Source: Rhizaria sp. SCN 62-66
Lineage: Eukaryota
Assembly (NCBI GenBank): GCA_001724265.1
Contig: MEDY01000350.1
Location: forward strand, 1-43,189
Reading direction: 5' to 3'
DNA: 43,189 bases
Shown: piece by piece, positions 23,401 to 32,400 of the stretch
Position numbering within the stretch: position 1 is the first letter of the stretch
Layout: each line of letters begins with the position of its first letter
Translations under genes and position numbers: made by a program
The notes under the pieces: generated by a model
What the model was told of the DNA's origin: nothing
Database searches by the model: none
The model's input: only the letters and a program-made list of their open reading frames with translations

Positions 23401-26400
23401 CGGCAGCTCCACCTGGCCTCCGCGTTGCCGCCCGCCGCGTGGCAGGTCGAGTCCGCGGCGGCGGCGCGCGCGCTGGGGGACATGCGCGCCGAGGCGACGA
23501 GCCAGGACTACGCCATCGCCGTCCGCGAGTCTGCTGCGCGCCGCGACCTCGAGGCGCTTAAGGTCACGTTCCACCTCGTTCTGCAGGCCACGCACTCGCT
23601 GGCGCCACACAGCACCGCGTATTCGTCCCTGGCGCGCGCGCTGACGAGGCTGCCGCCCGTGGTGATCCAGTCGGGGCTGATTCGCTGCCGCGCTCTGGCG
23701 CAGTACCAGCTACTGTCGCCGCCGATCCCGCTGCCGGGGCTCGGCGGCAACGGCGGCTGCAGGTTCTATGCGGCCTACGAAGGGCGCGTTTTCGTCATCG
23801 AGAAACTCGCGAATGCTCTCAAGCAGCTTCCCCTGCTGACGAATGCGAGTGGCATCAACGCGCTATCGGGAGGGGAGTTTGCGAACGGGAATAGCTTTGC
23901 TGAGACTGATGCTGCTGTGAAGACTGAGGCTGGTGATGCTTCTGCTGCTTCTGAAGAGCAACAGAGTCCTAGTGCTCAGGCTTTGAACCAGAGTCAAAAC
24001 TTAGGTGGTCTCGGCAGCCAGTCACCCTCAACTCTCTCCCCCACCGCCTCCAACAACTCTGGCGCCGGCTCTGGCTCTGGCTCTGGCTTGACAGCTCACA
24101 GCGCCATTGACGGCTCTGCGGCCGCCAACGGTGAAGAGAGCGGTTTCACGCTCCCGTCATCAGCGCTGCAGCAGCTATCCAACGTGTTGTGCATGCGCAT
24201 CCTCCCTCTCGGCCAGCAGTCGACTCTGGTTGCGGCGTCCCGTGTGGCCACCAGCTCCGCCTCCTGGGGCGCGCCGGCCTCAAGCAGCACTGTCCGGTCA
24301 AACTTCGCTGATTTCAACATCGCGCCGATCCCCGTGCCGTCGCGGCCGCAGATCCCCGTCGCCGTGTCTATCAGCCTCGCCGGCACCAACAACAGCGGCG
24401 GCGGCGGCAGTCTCGGTCAGTCTGGAATGGGGCCGTGCTCAGCCGCCGCTAGCGCCGCTGCGGGCTCGATGGCCGCGGCGACGGCGGCGATTGCGGCTGG
24501 TTCCAGCGCGGCCGCCTCGTCTCTGCTGCTCGACAACCCGCCCGCGCCGGTGGTTATCGTGCCGCACCACGTCTTCGCCGACGGCGACGACATCTTCATC
24601 GCGACGCAAACCCCACCGCTGGGCACGCTCGACGCGCTGCTGCTCTCGCGCGCCGTGGCGCCCATGTCGGCGCGGCTGACGTTTGATCCGCTCGCGGTCG
24701 AAGATTACGACTACGGGTTTGATGTCGAGAGTAACGACAATGATGGCGACGACGAAAACGCGGATAACAACGCAAAACACGCGAATGTCGCAGCAGCTTC
24801 AAGTCGCAACAACAGCGGCAAGAGAACTGGTTCCGGCTACAGTTACGACAAGAATAAGACTGGATACAACGTGTTTATCATGCAAAACAGCCACTCTAGC
24901 TCTTCTTCAAGTCGCGATAAGACTGTCTCCGCTGGTGTTGCGAAACAGCGGTCTGCAATGTCGTCGCACTTGCGCCTGCTGCCCCCCTTTGCCTTGCCCC
25001 GTGGCATCGCACCCCAACTACGCACGTCCCGCGCCCCCGCACACCTGCTGCGGCTGCTTTTCCACCGCTTGCTCACGGCACTCGCGTCTCTGCACCGTGC
25101 GGGCGCTAGTCACGGCAATTTGCACCCGGGAGCAGTGGCGTTGATTCCGCCTCGTCTCTCTGCTCTCGTCCAGGTCCGTTCACAAATCATCCACTCAACT
25201 TCTCCCGATATTAATATCAATTAATCAATTTTAATTTGTAGATGTGTCTTTAAATGATCTATATAATATCACTAAACACTTGTTCTCGCTTCCATATATC
25301 CCCACTTTGTTTGCTGGCTTCAGGACGGCGCCGCGACGCCCCTCGGCTGCCTCCCCACCCGCGCCGCCGCGACACCGATTGGGCTCCCCGCCGTCTCTGG
25401 CCCCGTGCGCTGGCACGCCGCTGACCCCGAGACCGCGCTGCGGGCGCCGGCCACCGCGGCGGCCCCCGGTGCCGCAAGCGCGTCTGGGGGCGTGTTGACG
25501 CGCTACAACGACTGGTTTGCGCTCCTCGACAGTCAAAACAAGAACAACGGCACCGACGCCACGACAGCTAATCCTGCGATGCGGCCAGGCGTCGTTGGCG
25601 GGCTGTTGGGCGGCTGGTGCGAGTGCAAGGACTACAGCGACGGCGACGACAGCAGCACGACAAACAGCAGCGGCAACGGCAGCAGCAGCGGCAGCGCCAG
25701 CGACATCGACGACTGCGATGACTCGGATTCGGACTCGGACTCGAGCAGCAACCGCGTTGTTTCCTTCAGCACCAACGCTAATGACATCAACAGTGACGAT
25801 GACGGCGACGTGTACTATGCGAGCGCGATCACCACGAGCAAGAGTCGTCACCTCAATGCCAATGCAAGCGACGCTGACGCTGATGACACTGATGACACTG
25901 ATGGCGACAAGGATGACGACGATGACGACTGTGAGACTGCTGCTCTGGCCCCCTCATTGCTCTTGGCCCGCGCACGCCGCCACTCCCGCCCCACCCCCGC
26001 CACCACGGACGTCTTAACGATCGCTCTCGGGACCAGTGAGTCTTCTCGCCTCGTCCCAACGGCTCACCTACGGCCGCAGTGGGCGCCGCCGCTGCCGCCC
26101 GCGGCCGCACGTAAGTTCGACAGCGCGCTCCCCTGGGGCTGTCCGCTGCTCAACTTCAAGAACTCGAAGAAGAAGAACAAATCGTCTTCCATCAAGTCTT
26201 CATCCAATAATGGCGACGACTTAACAGGCGGATTAACTAAGATTAACGCCGCGTCTAAGCGCCGCGGCATGCGCCGTCCGATCGCTGCCTGTCGCCGCTG
26301 CTCTGCGCTGCTGTCAACCGCAGGCAGCGCTGTCGGCGCCGTGGCGACTGAGAACGAGTTCGCTGACACGGTCGCGAGCGTTCTGCCGTCGTTTCATCAT

Positions 26401-29400
26401 TATGCAGTGCCAGTGCTGACGGATTTGCGCTTTAGCTCGATGCACAACCCGACTGGCACTGTGTCGACACTCTCTGCCGCGCTTGATAACAACCACTATA
26501 ACTCCACAAGCCTGAACTCTGTGGCCGCCAGCATCTCTGCGAACGCGAGTGGTCAGAGCGTGCACTCGCCTTTGCATAGCAACAGCAGCGGCAGCGCCAG
26601 TAATCTCAACAGCGGCGGACTCAGTCCCCCCGCCCCTTCGCCGATCAGCTCTGGCGCTGGCGCCGGCATTGGTCTAAGTACCCCGGGCTTCGGTGTAAGT
26701 GCTGGTGGCGTTGGTGGTGCCGGCAGCGGCTTTTATTTGAAGCAAGGCCAGAAATGCCCTTTCTGCACCCCCAACATCGACAATACCAGTGGCCATAGCA
26801 ACGCACTGTTAGCTAACTCTATCGCGAGCGCGAACGCGACGGTGACGTCGGGTCAATTCGGCCCCAGCGTCGTTGTCCCCGCCGTCACCACCACCGCCCC
26901 AACCGCCCACGGCCAGCAGCACCCTTACCCGACCCCGACCGATGTAAGTACCCTCCCGCACCCGCACCCGCTCTTCGCGGCCCCCGAGCTCACCTACACC
27001 CACGTCCACGCCGCCGCCGCCGGTGTCGGCGGCGTGTTGCGCCCGGGGCTCGGCGTTTCGCTCGCAGCAACGCCGCACACGGCGGGCTCGTGCTGCCCGC
27101 TGTGCGGCGGCGGCCCCACCGTGCTGGCGCTGACGCCGACGCCCGCGGCAGACGTGTGGTCGTACGGCATGATTTTATATCTAGCCGCGTTTGGGGACGC
27201 CGACGCGCTGGAGTCGAAGTACTCGCCGGCGTCGGCGTCGTCCAAGGGGGCCGCGGCGGCGGGCTCAAAATCGTCTAAGGGGGCGGCGGGGCACTGGCCG
27301 CCTCGCATCCACTACAGCCTTAGCGCGACTGCGGCAGTGACGGGCGGCAAGAACAGCTCCGGCAGCGGCGGCAGTGCGAGTCTGAATGCGGGCTTGAGCC
27401 ACGGTTTCGTGGTTATCCCGCCCCACCCGGATCCGCTGCTCACTGATCTGCTGTCCAAGTGTCTCATCGTGGACCCCGCGCAACGCGCCACGACTGACAG
27501 CCTGTTGCAGCACCCGTGGTTTTCGTCCAGTACGCGCGACACTCCAGCTCCGGCGTCGCTGGCGCTGCAGACGCCCACGGTCACCCCGGCGGTTCGCCTC
27601 GCGGCCTATCAGCGCACGCCGACCACCGCCGTTGCGCCCGCCGCCGTCGCTGCCGCCGCGGTGCAGGCCTTGGGCTTTGTCGGCACTCCCAGTGCCAGTG
27701 TGAGCCCGTACTACGGCGCTGTCGCCGCGCCCAAGGGCAAGAGAGGCCGTGTGCGCTCGTTCACGACGACTGCGGCCAACAGTCTCCGCTACTCACTCAC
27801 CTGCAGTCGCAGTAACAACAACAGCAATAGCTCTGCGATGAACGCGGGCCGGAGTGGCGTTGTTCCGAAGCTAAGCCGCCACGTGTCCCCTCGGCTTGGC
27901 ATCCGTCTGCTCACTCTGGCCATCACGCCGTCACTGGTTCCCGCCGCCGCCGCGCTGCCGGCGGCGCCGCGTCTGCGCCCGGCGCTCATCCCGTCGATCC
28001 CGACGTCGCTGGCGTCGAACCCGCTGTGTTTATCGCTCGCACTCAAGGACTGGCTGTCTGCGTCGTCCGTAGCACTGCTGTCCCGCGGAGGGTTCTCCTA
28101 CGGGGGAGTCGGCAGCGTGCGCGTGCGACTTCACCCGGCACCCATGTTCCCCGGAGGACTTGCTGCGGTGCTCTTCGCCATCCCCAAGGGCTCGCCTGCC
28201 GCAGCGGGCACGGCGGGAACGGTGGGCAGCGCCACGGGTCGTGGGTTCGTCAGGAATGACATGGCGCTCAGTGTCGGCGAGCGAATGGCTCTCGATGAAG
28301 AAGAAGTACGTGCTTTCCTTTACCGCGTTAACTCACTTTAATTCAATTATAACTTTAACCTTAAATAATTAACGTGTTTTATTTCATAATCTCTTTGTTT
28401 TATTGTTATAAATGCATATCTCACACTTTTCTCTTCAATATTGACTCTTGGTGTCTTTGTTTCCTAACAGTCGGCTCCTGCGTGCTTGGCAGTGCCGCTG
28501 CCGCTGTTGCTGGGTCTGCAGTCGCTATGGCCCAAGCAGGGCCCACAGCTGGTACTCATGGGCACCGGCTCCCACTCACACTATCTCAACCGCGCCAATC
28601 TCTATAATACCGGCGGCAACACGAACACTGGCTTTTTAGGCAATATTCTCAGTGCAAGCGGCGTCAGTGTCGTGAACCTCGCTCCCGGTCTCCCTGACCC
28701 AACGCCGATCCCTCTGTCTACGTCCACGACCGCGACTACGCCCCTTACATCGATGCGCAGTCTGAGTACCCCGTTGTCCGCGTCATCGCTCAGCAGCTTC
28801 AACGTTGATAACAACAGCAACAACAGTCCCAGTCTCCTCAGCGCCAACGCCAACGACCTCAGCCCTTCCGCGACTGTCACTTCTTTCTCATCTTCTTCAG
28901 CATCCACAACGGTGACTAGGGCTGTTGTCAGTGGCAAAGCGCGTCGCCAGCTGCGCCGCGCCGCCGCCGCCGCGGCCGCCACCTTTTTCTCGCTGCCACA
29001 GCTGCTCAAAGCCCGCGCCGGCGCAGCACACGCCGCGAGCTGCGGTGCCCAGGGCGTGGCCGCGGCCGCCGCAGCGATGGCGCTGGCCCCTGGCGTTGCC
29101 CAGACGCGCGCGCTGGACATCTCCATCGCGGTCGGCGCCGCGCTGTCGCCCACGTCGCTGCTGGCGTCTGCGTCGACCGCCGCGCTCGCCAGTCTCAACA
29201 GCGCCAGCAACGCCGCGATCGCCAATGCAGGCGGCGCGGCGGGCGGCGGTCACGGCGGCGGCGCCGCGGGCGGGTCGGCCGCGGCGACTAGCGGCACAGC
29301 GGCCGCCGTCGTCGCGTCGGGCGCGCTGGCGGCGGCGATCTTCCCCAACGTCACCACTGTTGCGCCGGCCACTCCGCTCCTCCTCGGTACGCTTTGTTTT

Positions 29401-32400
29401 CAACATATGTCGCATTTGAAGTCATATATTTTATCTAATTAAACCAAAAACTTGCTATTTTATCAATTCTTGTATTTTATATATTTGGTCAAAATTTTAT
29501 ATCATAACTATTTTTTCTTTGTTATCAATTTCTACTCGTTAACTATAGGTATCGGCGACACTGTGGCAGGTACCGGCGTCTCCCAGTCAGCCGCCCTCAA
29601 CGCCCTCGCCGTTGCCACCGCGGCCCCTTCCGCCGGTGCGGCCTCCCTCGGCCGATCGCTGCCGCCGCCTCCACGCTCCCTTCGCCCGCTCCTCGAGGCT
29701 GCGCTGGACTCGGGCTCCACGGCCAACGTGCCCGCGATCATCGACGGCATCCGCGCAGTGGCCCGCGCCGCGCTGCTGCGCGCGGGCAGGCTGTCCGTGC
29801 CGATCCCGCTGCTGCTGCCGCAGACGCCCGCCAGCAGCGAGGGCACCAGCCTCGCCGCCGCCGCCGTCGCCGCGGGCGCCGCGGGCGCGGGTGTCGGCTC
29901 TGGCGCCGGCGCCGGCCTCGCGTCCGCCACAGCCACCCACGCGCTGCGGTTCCGCCTCCCGCGCGCCGCCTGCGTGGCGCCGCTGCTCTCGCAGCTGACC
30001 GGGGTCGAGGGCGCCGATCTCGCCCTCCCGCCCCGGACGAGCTACACCGACGACCTCAGCGCGGCCGCGGACACGGGCGGCGTCACGGCCGACCTGCTCA
30101 CCGTCGCGTTTGAGCAGCTTGTGGCGGACGCGCACAGGCAGAACAGCAGCTCCAGCTCCAGCTCGAGCTCAGAGTCGGACGAGTCGGACTTTGGGGAAGG
30201 CTGGTTGGGCGCTGGAGCCGCAGCTCGCTTTAAACAGCAACAACGCAAGGCTGCGGCTGCTGACAGCGACAGCGACGACGACGGCGACGAAGACGACAAG
30301 AACGACAATAATGAGCCTGTGTGCACGTGTACTAACGACGCCAGCGCTAGCTCTCGCGCCAACGCAATGACTGACGATGACGACACCGCCACGAACACTA
30401 GCGAGAGCTTAACTGCCGCTGCTGCGGACGAAAACAGGAACGGGAGCAAGAAGATTAAGTGCCGCCACTGTTTCCCTCGTTTGCCGAAGCATCTCCGGCT
30501 CCTGCGCAAGCAGCAGCAGCAGCAGAAGATGTTGCGCCAGCAGCAGCGCGCTGCCCGCCGCGCCGCGCGCGCGGGCCCCAGTCTGTTCGAAGTGTGCGAA
30601 CTGGAGACCTCTCCTGCTCACGGCCACCAGAACCTCTCCACTTCCGGCGGAGACGGTGCGGCTGGTGCGCCCAAGGGTGTGGTGTCGTACTTGCCGCGTG
30701 CGTGGGACCCGGATGAGAGGGCGAGGACCGAAAAAAGGCGCCAGAACCGCCGTGAGTGGAAGAAGGAGATCAAGAATCGCAGAAAGCTCAACAGGAGCAA
30801 GTTTTACAACGACTTTGACGAAAGCTCGACAACGACGACTCCTGCGACTGCCAAGAGCAGTGCTGAGATCAACGAGGAAGAAGAAGAGAAGAACAACAAC
30901 AACTCTACAAACACTCTAAACTCTCAGAAGCAGCAAACGCACTCGAAGACTAAGACCAAGACTCAAAGCAAAAACAGCAACTCTACCACGACCTCGAGCA
31001 GCACTGCAAGTGCAAATGCGAGTGCGAGCGCTAGCAGCAGCTTGGAGGGCTGGCTGGAGCAGTTCCGCGCCGTCGGCAAGCTTCTGTTCCTGTCTGTCTA
31101 CCACGGCATTCCTCTGCCGGCCGCGCAAGCGCTGCACCCGGCGATCTGGCGCACGCTTGTCTCACCGGCGCCCGTGCCGCGCAGTCAAAACGGCTATTGG
31201 CACGAGCGGTGCGACGGGTATGCGGAGCAGAGTGAGACTGTGGAGGTCACGGTACCCGGTCTCGTTCCCAATCACGGTCTCGGTCTAGGTGGCAACTCTG
31301 CGTCGGCGTCGCTTAGTGGCGGACTGAGCGCCTCGTACACGAGTCTAAGTGGGCCCTTCAGCTCTGCGCACACTGCCTCTCATACTGGTGGCTTTGCGAG
31401 TGCGGATGACAGCGATGGCGGTAGTGAGCTGTGGGTGGCCGCCGTTGCTGCTGCGGCAACCGCGGTCGCCAAGGCGAATTCGCAGGCGCACACAGAGACT
31501 GCGGCTAGCATCGACAACAGCAACAAAGCTCTAGCGAACGCGAACACAGCTACTAAGACTAAACCACCTAGTAATAGCAGTAGTAATCACAACACGAGCA
31601 ACAATGTGAGTGAAAGCGAGGTTATCGACAGTGACAATGAGAACTCTCAGTCTCACTACCACAACGCGAAGCCGAAGTCTCAGCTCAGGCTGATCTTGAC
31701 CGACATCCTCACAGCCACTGTCTCCGACTCCCCAACTGCTTCGCCTGTAAGTACCCCCTTAGACCGGACGACCGTGAGCTACAGCACGTCCCGCTCCTCC
31801 CACCTCCGCTTCGGTCTCCCCTCGGGCCCTAAGTCCTGCTCCATCTCTGACGCACGGCTCGCCCTCTGGCTGCCTGCGCCGCTGCGCACCTCGGCCCCCA
31901 CGGCGCTGCGCAACGCGCTCACGCACTCGCACCGCGTCTCGGGCTTTGGGCCCGTCACGCTGTCCGCGTCCATCGCCGCTGTCAGCGCCGCCACGGCCGC
32001 GGCGGCCGTGGCGGCGCGCGGCGGACCAGCTCGGCGGCGGGCTCGAGCTGTGGCGCTGCCTCAAGGCCGCGGCGATCGCGAAACCCACCGAGGCTGCCAC
32101 AGCGGCCGCGGCCGCGGCGGCGGCGGAGGCGGCGGCAGCGGTAGTCACGGCCGCCGCGGCTGCCGCTGCAGGCTCTAACAACGCCAGTATGGGTGGCGGC
32201 AGGAGCTCTAACGCTGCGGCCGCAGCTGGCGATGCCTACGCTGACTCCGCCTCTGCTGCTGCCGCTGCCGCCGCTGCTGCTGCTGCCGCTGCGAGCGGTA
32301 GCGCAACTGCCATGTCCGCGACCGCGCCCCCCGAAGGCTTCCAGTGTCCCTACTCTCTGCAGTCCTTCAGCAGCCCCGGTGGGCTGGAGGTGGCGACCAC

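Noticed and set aside
31747-31762. GTAAGTACCCCCTTAG as a 16-nt micro-intron explaining the downstream +1 frameshift
   Set aside because: Removing it gives ACC GGA CGA CCG TGA, an immediate stop, while frame 1 reads sensibly until about 32016.
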